64,000 nucleotides of DNA, taken from Bacteroidales bacterium. GTDB taxonomy: Bacteria > Bacteroidota > Bacteroidia > Bacteroidales > DTGW01. This document shows positions 9,250 through 18,185 of the stretch, piece after piece; within the stretch, counting starts at the first letter, position 1; every line of letters starts with the position of its first letter. Location: assembly GCA_035374585.1 (NCBI GenBank), contig DAOSPF010000011.1, forward strand, positions 28-64,027, read 5' to 3'. A program made the translations under genes and the position numbers. Under the pieces are notes generated by a model. The model did not search any database and was not told the DNA's origin. It was given only the letters and a program-made list of their open reading frames with translations.

Positions 9250-11094
9250 TTATTTCAACTTATTTTCAAGCTCTTCAATATTGATAATGGTCAGGATGGT
9301 TTTGCCTTCAGGGCAATAATTATGGTTTTTACAGGCGAATAGCTTGTCAATAAGGTCAGACATTTCCTCACTGCCAAGCGCTCGTCCATACGGTATGGCA
9401 GATGCTTTGCTCAATGCCAGGGCTATTGTTTCTTTTACCGAAGTCCCGCTTTGCGAAGGAGCATGGTGCAATTCGGCAAGCAAATCATCCACCAGCTTTT
9501 GCGGGTTGGCCTGCTCCAAAGCAGCCGGAAAGCCATTGACAACAACTGAGTTTTGCCCAAAATCCTGAATGTCAAAACCAGCCTGGTTGATTGCAGCAGA
9601 ATATTCCATTATCAGCTCATGGTCTGCAGGAGAAAGCTCAACGACCTGCGGAAAAATTTCTTTTTGGACTGCATTTGCACTTTTTTCAATATTTTCAAGA
9701 TATTGCTCAAACAAGATGCGCAAGTGCGCCCTGCGTTGGTCTATTAACAAAAGGCCGGATTTAGAAGGGGTTAGGATATATTTATTCTTAACTTGAAGAA
9801 ATTGTTGCTGCTTTGACACCTGCACGTCATCAGCCCCTTTATTTTCGACAGGTTCAAAATTTGGGATTCGTAGCTCTGTCTTAGGTTCATTTTCAAACCC
9901 ACTGTACAGATCTTGCCAGTTATTGGGCAAAGAACGCGAATGACTTGAAAAATCAGCCCTCACGCTTACGCTCTTTTTTTGCTCAGGTTTAAATGGGTCA
10001 AAAGTTGCATCAATATCTATTTGAGGCAGATTGACATCTGTAGCTCGCGAAAGTACAGGAATTTCAACCGAACGGTCTATTTCAAAATCAATAGATGGCA
10101 CAATGCTGAATTTCCCTAAGGATTCCTTCACCGTAGCATGCAAAATCTGCCATACAGCCTGCTCGTCAAAAAACTTTATCTCAGTCTTTACCGGATGGAT
10201 ATTGACATCAATATTGGCCGGGTCAATGGTAAAACAAATGAAATAGGAAGGCTGCAATTCTGGTAACAAAATCTTTTCATAAGCCTTGATAATGGCCTTA
10301 TGCAAAATTGGATGCCGCATGTAACGGTTGTTGACAAAGAAAAACTGGTCGGGCTGGCTCTTCTTTGCCACATCTGGTTTGGTAATGTATCCTGTTATTT
10401 TTATGATAGAAGTTTCGCAATTGACATCTACCAGCGATTGGTTGATATTTTTGCCAAAAAGCTGAATAATCCTTTGTCTGAAAGGCGAAGTATAAAGCTT
10501 TAAAACCTCTGTATTGCCATTTCTCAGTTCAAACTGGATATGAGGAAACGCCAATGCTACTTTTTGCAACTCGAACACAATGAGCTTAAACTCGTAATTG
10601 TCAGTTTTCAGGAACTTGCGACGAACCGGGATGTTATAAAACAGGTTTTTCACCATAAAATTTGTACCTGTGGCACATGAAACCGGTGTTTGGCCTAATA
10701 CCTCAGAAGCCGCAATGTTTATTTCTGTTCCCAGCTCATCCTCCTGACGCTTAGTACGCAAAACAACCTCGGCCACAGCAGCTATAGAAGCAAGTGCTTC
10801 GCCCCTGAAGCCCATGGTATGTATATCAAACAAATCTTCAGCCCGCTTAATCTTAGATGTAGCATGACGTTCAAAAGACATACGGGCATCAGTTTCGCTC
10901 ATCCCCTTGCCGTTGTCAATAACCTGGATTAAAGTACGGCCTGCATCCTTGATAATTACTGATATTTGTGTAGCCCCGGCATCAATAGCATTTTCAACCA
11001 GCTCCTTTACTACCGAAGCAGGGCGCTGGATAACCTCTCCAGCCGCTATCTGGTTGGCAACACTATCGGGCAAAAGCGCTATAATATCGGGCAT
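9250..11094 (-). CDS. mutL: DNA mismatch repair protein MutL
   Basis: N-terminal GHKL ATPase signature (LPDSVANQIAAGEVIQRPASVVKELVENAIDAG) at full length. Confidence 0.97.
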   Translation of the reverse strand: MPDIIALLPDSVANQIAAGEVIQRPASVVKELVENAIDAGATQISVIIKDAGRTLIQVIDNGKGMSETDARMSFERHATSKIKRAEDLFDIHTMGFRGEALASIAAVAEVVLRTKRQEDELGTEINIAASEVLGQTPVSCATGTNFMVKNLFYNIPVRRKFLKTDNYEFKLIVFELQKVALAFPHIQFELRNGNTEVLKLYTSPFRQRIIQLFGKNINQSLVDVNCETSIIKITGYITKPDVAKKSQPDQFFFVNNRYMRHPILHKAIIKAYEKILLPELQPSYFICFTIDPANIDVNIHPVKTEIKFFDEQAVWQILHATVKESLGKFSIVPSIDFEIDRSVEIPVLSRATDVNLPQIDIDATFDPFKPEQKKSVSVRADFSSHSRSLPNNWQDLYSGFENEPKTELRIPNFEPVENKGADDVQVSKQQQFLQVKNKYILTPSKSGLLLIDQRRAHLRILFEQYLENIEKSANAVQKEIFPQVVELSPADHELIMEYSAAINQAGFDIQDFGQNSVVVNGFPAALEQANPQKLVDDLLAELHHAPSQSGTSVKETIALALSKASAIPYGRALGSEEMSDLIDKLFACKNHNYCPEGKTILTIINIEELENKLK

Positions 11095-11175
11095 ATTTCA
11101 GATTTTTATGCAAATTTACATTTATTGCAACATTTGCCAACAGGGGGTAAAGGCATATTTATTAACTTTGCCATT

Positions 11176-11901
11176 ATGCTGGAAAAAACAAGGGCTATAA
11201 CACTACATGGGCTTAAATATGGCGACACGGGCTTGGTTGTACATCTTTATACCGAGGCTCATGGCCGCCAATCATATTTTGTGAAAGGTGCTTTTTCAAA
11301 AAAAAGCCAGATAAAGTCCAACCTTTTTTTCCCATTGTCATTACTGGAACTGGAAGTATATCACAAGCCATCATCACAGTTAAATAAAATAAAAGAAGCC
11401 GTACTAACTCCTCAACTGCTTACGATTCATAGCAACCCATACAAAAATGCCATTGCCATATTTATTTCAGAGGTGCTTTACAAAGTTTTGCGCGAAGAAG
11501 CAGCCAATGACAGTATGTTTAACTTCTTGTTCAATTCCGTTTGCATGCTGGACCTGCATCACGACTCGCCTTCCAACTTTCACCTCGTTTTCATGTGCCT
11601 TCTGGCAAAACAGCTTGGCTTTTTCCCAACAAATAACTACTCTTCGGTAAACAAATTTTTTGATTTGCACGAAGGCTTTTTTGTTTCACAACACCCCTCA
11701 CACAGACAGTGCATGGGCGCAGGTATGTCTGAAATATTCTCAGAACTTCTCGGTACAAATTATGAAAATAGTGCCCATTTGCCCATCGACAGGATGATGC
11801 GGGCTTCAATGCTTGATGCTATTGCTACATATTTTTACTTACATATGCACGGAATAGGCCAGTTTAAAAGCCTCCAGGTGTTGCACGATGTTTTTGCCTG
11901 A
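11176..11901 (+). CDS. recO: DNA repair protein RecO
   Basis: MLEKTRAITLHGLKYGDTGLVVHLYTEAHGRQSYFVKG matches a RecO N-terminal OB fold. The longer ORF from 10966 would overlap mutL, so the ATG at 11176 was chosen. Confidence 0.8.
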   Translation: MLEKTRAITLHGLKYGDTGLVVHLYTEAHGRQSYFVKGAFSKKSQIKSNLFFPLSLLELEVYHKPSSQLNKIKEAVLTPQLLTIHSNPYKNAIAIFISEVLYKVLREEAANDSMFNFLFNSVCMLDLHHDSPSNFHLVFMCLLAKQLGFFPTNNYSSVNKFFDLHEGFFVSQHPSHRQCMGAGMSEIFSELLGTNYENSAHLPIDRMMRASMLDAIATYFYLHMHGIGQFKSLQVLHDVFA

Positions 11902-11960
11902 TGTTTTTGCAAGAAATTTTCAAAATGATACCTTTACAACCATAACCAAAAATACTAAAT

Positions 11961-12707
11961 ATGATTGCAAGGAACGCATTTCTTTGGATTATAGCATTTG
12001 TAACAATTTCGGCCTTTCAGCAGGCCAAAGCACAGAAAACCATTACTTTTCCTTCAAAAGACAGCCTTACCATCACTGCCGATTACTACGAAGCTGACCC
12101 AAAAGCGCCTTTTATTCTGCTCTTTCATCAGGCAGGTTCCAGTCGTGGCGAATTTACTGAAATTGCCCCCCGCTTTGTCAAACTCGGCTACAATTGTCTC
12201 GCTGTTGACCTTCGTTCGGGGAATGAGACAAAATACGTTATCAACCAAACTGCTTTAAAAGCAAAAAGCCAGAAAAAGCCAACAAAATACTTAAATGCAG
12301 CCCTCGATATGCAAGCAGCCATTGAATATGCAAGCAATAAAAGCCGAAAGCCTGTAGTTGTGCTTGGGAGCTCTTATTCGGCCTCACTTGGGCTGTTATT
12401 AGCAAAAACCAACCCGCAAATTAGCGCTGTTATAGCCTTCAGCCCGGGCGAGTATTTCGAAAAAGAAAATTTTACAAGGGATAGTATTGCAGGCCTTGAC
12501 ATTCCTATATTTGCAGCATCGGCAAAAGATGAATACAAGTACCTTACAGCGCTTTTCGGCAAAGTAAACCGTATTAACTATACGCTCTTTTGCCCTTCAA
12601 AAGGCAATGGCGAACATGGCGCTAAGGCGCTTTGGACAGAATCTCCTGAAAATGGCGAATATTGGCTGGCATTAATGCTGTTTATCAATCAAATAAAGGA
12701 TTTTTAA
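11961..12707 (+). CDS. secreted alpha/beta hydrolase (dienelactone-hydrolase-like)
   Basis: Signal peptide, nucleophile-elbow-like LGSSYSASLG, HG near the C-terminus. Confidence 0.6.
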   Translation: MIARNAFLWIIAFVTISAFQQAKAQKTITFPSKDSLTITADYYEADPKAPFILLFHQAGSSRGEFTEIAPRFVKLGYNCLAVDLRSGNETKYVINQTALKAKSQKKPTKYLNAALDMQAAIEYASNKSRKPVVVLGSSYSASLGLLLAKTNPQISAVIAFSPGEYFEKENFTRDSIAGLDIPIFAASAKDEYKYLTALFGKVNRINYTLFCPSKGNGEHGAKALWTESPENGEYWLALMLFINQIKDF

Positions 12708-12735
12708 TTTCACTGCTTCATAAAACAATATAATT

Positions 12736-14145
12736 ATGTTATTCAACACCCTGCATTTTTTGATATTCTTCGTTGTTGTATTTGTCCTTTTCTTTACACT
12801 GCCCCATAAATTCAGATGGGTTATGTTGTTAGCCGCCAGCTGTTATTTTTACATGGCCTTCATCCCAATCTATATTCTAATCCTGGCATTCACAATAGTA
12901 GTGGACTATTTTGCAGGGATAATGATTGAAAAATCGCACGATAAAAGAAAAAGATGGTTTTTAATAGCCAGTTTAGTGGCCAACATTGGCATACTGGCAT
13001 TTTTCAAATATTACAACTTTCTTAACAACAACCTTTCATTATTGTTGGGGAAATTTGGATATCCTGACCCAATACCCGCCCTTGAAATCATTCTGCCCAT
13101 AGGGCTTTCGTTCCACACGTTTCAGGCTATGAGCTATACCATTGAGGTGTACAGGGGAAAACAAAAAGCTGAAAGACATTTTGGCATTTACGCACTCTAT
13201 GTAATGTTTTACCCTCAGCTGGTTGCCGGCCCTATTGAAAGGCCGCAAAATTTGCTCCACCAGTTCCACAATAAGCATTCATTTAGCATACAAAACTTAT
13301 CTGACGGATTACGGTTAATCATTTATGGGTTGTTTTTAAAAATGGTCATTGCCGATAATGTTTCTCCTTATGTCAATAGCATGTATGCCAATCCACAAAA
13401 TTACAGCTCTACCGACATTATTACCGCCCTTTGTTTCTATTCCATCCAAATCTATTGCGATTTCTGTGGTTATTCTTTAATCGCCATAGGAAGCGCTAAG
13501 TCTATGGGGTTTAATTTGATGAACAACTTTCACACGCCATATTTCTCAAGGACAGTATCTGAATTTTGGAAAAGATGGCATATTTCACTCTCTACCTGGT
13601 TTAAAGACTATTTGTACATACCGCTTGGCGGGAACCGTGTTGCATTGCCGCGCTGGATGTTTAATATATTTATTGTCTTTGCTATTAGCGGGCTTTGGCA
13701 TGGGGCCAGTTGGAACTTTGTGATATGGGGCGTATTGTGGGGCTTGTTAAATGTAGGGGAAGTTTTATACAACAAGCTTTTTAGCAGGCCTGAAGAAAAA
13801 GGAGACTTTAAAATCTGGCATAGCATCCATGCTGCTAAGATGTTTATAATAGCTACCTTTTTGTGGGTCTTTTTCAGAAGTGAGAACATGGAGAAGGTCA
13901 AACTTCTTGCAAAATCGATTAAACACAACTTTTCATTAAACAATAGCTTAAATGTACCACATTTGGTTTGGGCGTTGTTAATTGTATTTCTTGTTTTCGA
14001 AATTATGTTCTACAACCATCGTTTTGACAAATGGTGCGAAAAAAGGGACCCGATAATAAAATGGTCGGTTTATATCATCCTTATCTCGTCAATTATCATG
14101 TTTGCGGGCATTGAGGACATTCCATTTATTTACTTCCAGTTTTAA
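12736..14145 (+). CDS. MBOAT family O-acyltransferase (AlgI/DltB-like)
   Basis: Multi-pass membrane protein with the signature FWKRWHISLSTWFKDYLYIPLGGNR. Confidence 0.92.
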   Translation: MLFNTLHFLIFFVVVFVLFFTLPHKFRWVMLLAASCYFYMAFIPIYILILAFTIVVDYFAGIMIEKSHDKRKRWFLIASLVANIGILAFFKYYNFLNNNLSLLLGKFGYPDPIPALEIILPIGLSFHTFQAMSYTIEVYRGKQKAERHFGIYALYVMFYPQLVAGPIERPQNLLHQFHNKHSFSIQNLSDGLRLIIYGLFLKMVIADNVSPYVNSMYANPQNYSSTDIITALCFYSIQIYCDFCGYSLIAIGSAKSMGFNLMNNFHTPYFSRTVSEFWKRWHISLSTWFKDYLYIPLGGNRVALPRWMFNIFIVFAISGLWHGASWNFVIWGVLWGLLNVGEVLYNKLFSRPEEKGDFKIWHSIHAAKMFIIATFLWVFFRSENMEKVKLLAKSIKHNFSLNNSLNVPHLVWALLIVFLVFEIMFYNHRFDKWCEKRDPIIKWSVYIILISSIIMFAGIEDIPFIYFQF

Positions 14146-14150
14146 AAATT

Positions 14151-14236
14151 ATGAAACGCCCATGATTGTAAACAAACAAAAAGTCACATGAGTAAAATGC
14201 GGGCGTTGTACCATCCCTTAAAAATAAAATTTTATT
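14151..14236 (+). repeat. leader cassette copy D (ATGAAACGCCCATGA...), between the MBOAT stop and the next gene start
   Basis: Box ATGAAACGCCCATG at 14151, GTAAACAAAC, and AACGCCC (14155-14161) complementary to GGGCGTT (14201-14207). Mini-ORF ATG AAA CGC CCA TGA. Ends at the ATG at 14237. Confidence 0.6.
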
Positions 14237-15301
14237 ATGATAAAAATAGCTAAATTTATAATTCCCAGGGTTTTAGTGCTTGCCATAACATTAATCGCAG
14301 CAAATTTCATCTACACAAAATTCTTTTTTGAAAAAGACCTTCAAATGCATGCTGATATGATTAACCTTACCCGTGGGAAAGACTCAGCAAGAGTGATATA
14401 TATGGGAGAATCGTCAAATTTCACTTCGCACAGTGATGACAAAGACCCCCGAAGCATATCCGGTATGCTATGCGACTATTTCCCGGGGCTAAACATTCAA
14501 GATATTTCGCATGGGGCATTACACGCATATAATTATTATATTTTTTTGAAAACAATTCAGAATAATTCTAAACTGGAAACCATCATCATAACCTTGAACC
14601 TTCGTTCTTTTGATGCCAATTGGAGATATTCAGACCTGGAAACTTTTCTCCAAAAACAAATGGTAATGATAGACCCTACTTATCCCCCATTGTTTAGGCG
14701 TTTTTTGCTGGGCTTTAAAGGATATGACAATAAAACAGTAAAAGAACGGGAACGCCAATTTTTACATGAATGGGAAACAACAGTACTGAAAGTCCCCTTC
14801 CCACTTCAATATAATACCGTAAGAAAATGGGACAAAGGAATAGCAACAAACGGGTATATAGATGTTTCAGGCAATAGAAATGAAGATTCAACAATTCTCG
14901 CCTGTCATTACGTAAAAACTTATGCCTTTCAAATAGACACCAACAAAAACCCCCGTATTAAAGATTTTGACAACATTGTTAAACTGGCAAAACAAAGGGG
15001 TTGGCATGTTATTTTTAACCTGATGGCCGAAAACACTCAAAAAGCGGACAAACTCGTAGGAAAAGAACTTGTTTACCTGATAAAGCAAAATAGAGATTTA
15101 TTAGTTTCGCGATATTCAAAAATGGGGGCCATTGTTGTAGATAACTTAGAATGCGTCAATGACAGCAATTATATTGATCAAAACTGGACTACTGAACATT
15201 ATAAAGAAACAGGGCGCAAAACAATTGCTAAAAATTTGTCGGAAGCACTAAAAACCATATACCCACAATACTATAAAAGTATTGTTGCAGATAATAAATA
15301 G
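14237..15301 (+). CDS. hypothetical membrane-anchored protein, possible extracytoplasmic acyl-transfer partner of the MBOAT
   Basis: N-terminal TM helix and a GDS-like block (YMGESSNF). Its position directly after an MBOAT gene is where AlgJ/AlgX/DltD/PatB-type partners sit. The functional call is inference only. Confidence 0.5.
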   Translation: MIKIAKFIIPRVLVLAITLIAANFIYTKFFFEKDLQMHADMINLTRGKDSARVIYMGESSNFTSHSDDKDPRSISGMLCDYFPGLNIQDISHGALHAYNYYIFLKTIQNNSKLETIIITLNLRSFDANWRYSDLETFLQKQMVMIDPTYPPLFRRFLLGFKGYDNKTVKERERQFLHEWETTVLKVPFPLQYNTVRKWDKGIATNGYIDVSGNRNEDSTILACHYVKTYAFQIDTNKNPRIKDFDNIVKLAKQRGWHVIFNLMAENTQKADKLVGKELVYLIKQNRDLLVSRYSKMGAIVVDNLECVNDSNYIDQNWTTEHYKETGRKTIAKNLSEALKTIYPQYYKSIVADNK

Positions 15302-15311
15302 ATTATAATTA

Positions 15312-16298
15312 ATGAAAGTAAAATTTATCATTCTCCGCTTCAGCTCTATTGGCGACATTGTGCTAACTACCCCTGTCATCAGGTGTTTGAAAGAACAGGT
15401 TGAAGGGGCAGAAATTCATTTTGTTACGAAAAAAAAGTTTGCATCGGTAGTGGCCGACAATCCTTATATTGACAAAATCCACCTTCTGGATGGTAAGTTA
15501 AAAAGCCTTATTGAAGAGTTACGCCAGGAAGAATGTGACCATATCATCGATTTGCACCATAACCTTCGTACATATATCGTAAAAAAGAAGCTTGGGTTGT
15601 TTGCATTTTCTTTTGACAAAATCAACATCCAGAAATGGCTGATGGTACAATTTAAAATCAATAAACTACCTCAAAAACATATTGTTGACCGCTACCTTGA
15701 GACGTGCCGCCTTTTTGATGTAACCAATGATGGCAAAGGCCTTGATTTTTTTATCAATCCTAAAAATGAAATTGAAATTTCGCAGCTCCCATCATTTTTA
15801 CAAAACGGATACATTGCCCTTGTCATTGGAGGGATGCATGGCACAAAGCAAATGCCCAATGCAAAACTCGCCGAACTAAGCAATAAGCTGAATCTGCCCG
15901 TTGTATTGCTTGGTGGGCCCGACGATTCTCAAGCCGCAGAAAGCATTATTAATGAAAGTAAAAATGCCAATATCTTCAACGCCTGCGGAAAATACAACCT
16001 ACAACAATCCGCTTCGATAGTAAAACAAGCAAAGCTTGTTATTGCGCACGATACAGGACTGATGCATATTGCAGCAGCATTTAAAAAGCGTATTATCTCT
16101 ATATGGGGCAATACCATTCCCGAATTTGGGATGTACCCTTATGTAAGTGATGAGAATCAGGCTATTTTTGAAGTCAAAGGTCTGAAATGCAGGCCATGTT
16201 CAAAGATTGGCTACAAGAAATGCCCAAAAGGCCACCACAATTGTATGAACCTTATTGATGTCAACAAAATAGCCGAGAAAGCTAATAGTTGGATTTAA
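15312..16298 (+). CDS. glycosyltransferase family 9 (LPS heptosyltransferase-like)
   Basis: ILRFSSIGDIVLTTPVIRCLK N-terminus and a C-terminal HDTGLMHIAAA block. Confidence 0.85.
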   Translation: MKVKFIILRFSSIGDIVLTTPVIRCLKEQVEGAEIHFVTKKKFASVVADNPYIDKIHLLDGKLKSLIEELRQEECDHIIDLHHNLRTYIVKKKLGLFAFSFDKINIQKWLMVQFKINKLPQKHIVDRYLETCRLFDVTNDGKGLDFFINPKNEIEISQLPSFLQNGYIALVIGGMHGTKQMPNAKLAELSNKLNLPVVLLGGPDDSQAAESIINESKNANIFNACGKYNLQQSASIVKQAKLVIAHDTGLMHIAAAFKKRIISIWGNTIPEFGMYPYVSDENQAIFEVKGLKCRPCSKIGYKKCPKGHHNCMNLIDVNKIAEKANSWI

Positions 16299-16317
16299 AA
16301 CATTCATCTTACCCGGA

Positions 16318-17265
16318 ATGATTACTTTTTTTGCTTTAATATTAGCCATAGTACTCCAATTTGCAGGGGCAATAGTAGCTATTAGTAATATCAGGCGAAC
16401 AAAATACAGTATTTCGTGGATATTAATCTCTCTGGGCTTTCTGGTGATGGCCATTCAGCGATTTATCGAATTTATACCCTACGTTTGGCGGGGCTGGGAA
16501 AAAGACGTAGCAACAATCAATACATGGTTAGGGATTATCACCTCCATTCTTATTGCTGTTGGGGTAATTTATATACGCAAAATCCTTGATTTTCTGCGGA
16601 AAGTAGAACGAGAAAAGCAGGAATCGCAGAAAAAGATTTTGAACGCTGTTATCCAAGCTGAAGAAAAAGAACGCCGCCGCCTTGCAAAAGAGCTGCATGA
16701 CGGCATGGGGCCATTGCTCTCGGCAGTAAAAATGGCCGTTTCGTCACTGGTAAAGACAGAAACCAACTCCAACAATAAACTTATCATCGAAAACACCGAC
16801 CAGATGATAACAGAAGCTATTCGCAGTTTAAAAGAAATATCAAACAACCTGAGCCCTCACGTACTGGAAAACTTTGGATTGGCAAGCGCTATTAAATCTT
16901 TCTCATCTAAAATAAGTGCTACAAGGGCTATTCAGATTACATTCTTTTCCAACATGTTTGATATTAGGCTCAATAGCAATACCGAAATCATCATTTACCG
17001 TGTAGTGTGCGAGTTGATAAACAACACTCTTAAACATGCCAATGCTCAAAACATTGAGATTGAGCTGAAACAACATGGCAAAATCATTACTTTGCTATAT
17101 ACTGATGACGGCTGTGGTTTTGATACCAGCACAGTGTTACGAAACGAAAACAAAGGAATGGGGCTTTCAAACATTATTAACCGTATAAAATCTATCAAAG
17201 GGGCTGTAAATATTGAGAGTAGCCACGGCAAAGGTTTGAAAGTAATAATAATTGTAAATACTTAA
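16318..17265 (+). CDS. sensor histidine kinase, HisKA_3/NarX-DesK type, three TM helices and no sizeable external domain
   Basis: H-box ELHDGMGPLLS, N-box ELINNTLKHANA, G1 DDGCGF, G2 GMGLSN. Confidence 0.88.
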   Translation: MITFFALILAIVLQFAGAIVAISNIRRTKYSISWILISLGFLVMAIQRFIEFIPYVWRGWEKDVATINTWLGIITSILIAVGVIYIRKILDFLRKVEREKQESQKKILNAVIQAEEKERRRLAKELHDGMGPLLSAVKMAVSSLVKTETNSNNKLIIENTDQMITEAIRSLKEISNNLSPHVLENFGLASAIKSFSSKISATRAIQITFFSNMFDIRLNSNTEIIIYRVVCELINNTLKHANAQNIEIELKQHGKIITLLYTDDGCGFDTSTVLRNENKGMGLSNIINRIKSIKGAVNIESSHGKGLKVIIIVNT

Positions 17266-18116
17266 GAAGATAAAGGTTCTACATGGATTGATACTTCTAT
17301 ATTTTTTATCTTCTCCATAATATCTTTCTCAATCATATCGCACATTTCATGAGCCATACCCACCGAAATATCCGGAGCAACTTCGAGGTGCAACTCCGCA
17401 AACCTGTAATGACCGGCCTTACGAGTACGCAAAGCATGAAAACTAAGATTGTGTGATTTAATGGAATCTTTAATAACCTCTACTTCACTTTCCGAGAGAG
17501 AAGCATCCAATAACGGGGCGTAAGCCGCTCTTAAAAGGTGTACAGCCTCCTTGACTATTAGTGTAGCAACAAAAACAGCAATCACAGAGTCTAAAAAGTG
17601 CCAACCAGTAGCCCAAATAAGCAATAACCCAATAGCAACACCCAAAGATGTATAAACATCGGTCTTCAAATGCAGCGCATCTGCTTCCAATGCAATAGAA
17701 TCAGTCTTTTTAGCAACTTTATATAAATATCTTGAAACAAAGAAATTGGCAACAGCCGAAACAAACATCACAACCGAGCCAAGCCCAATAGACTCAATAG
17801 GACCAGGATGTAAAATCTTTACAACAGCTTCATAAATAATCCATCCCGATGCTAATAATATAAGTAAAGCCTCAATAATACCCGATACATTTTCATACTT
17901 CCCATGACCATAAGGATGACCTTTATCAGCCGGGGTATCTGAAATACGAACAGCAAAAAAAGCAATCACTGCAGCCAGCAAATCCATTGCCGAGTGAATT
18001 GCCTCAGACAAAATACTCACCGAACCCGTTATAAATCCAGTAATTAATTTGAAAATTACCAACGATGTATTGGAAAAAACGGAAATTCCGGCAGCTTTAG
18101 TTTTTTCGTTCATCAA
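17262..18116 (-). CDS. cation diffusion facilitator (CDF) family metal efflux transporter
   Basis: Six TM segments, motifs SEAIHSAMDLLA and HLKTDVYTS, C-terminal cytoplasmic domain. Confidence 0.88.
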   Translation of the reverse strand: MMNEKTKAAGISVFSNTSLVIFKLITGFITGSVSILSEAIHSAMDLLAAVIAFFAVRISDTPADKGHPYGHGKYENVSGIIEALLILLASGWIIYEAVVKILHPGPIESIGLGSVVMFVSAVANFFVSRYLYKVAKKTDSIALEADALHLKTDVYTSLGVAIGLLLIWATGWHFLDSVIAVFVATLIVKEAVHLLRAAYAPLLDASLSESEVEVIKDSIKSHNLSFHALRTRKAGHYRFAELHLEVAPDISVGMAHEMCDMIEKDIMEKIKNIEVSIHVEPLSS

Positions 18117-18185
18117 AGCTTTTTTAGATTGTTTTTTGCAAATATAAAATCTAATTTAAAAAGAATAATTGAATTTGCAAAAGCT

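Noticed and set aside
10966-11175. 70-codon N-terminal extension of the recO ORF
   Set aside because: It would overlap mutL by about 130 nt on the opposite strand. RecO homology begins at the ATG at 11176.
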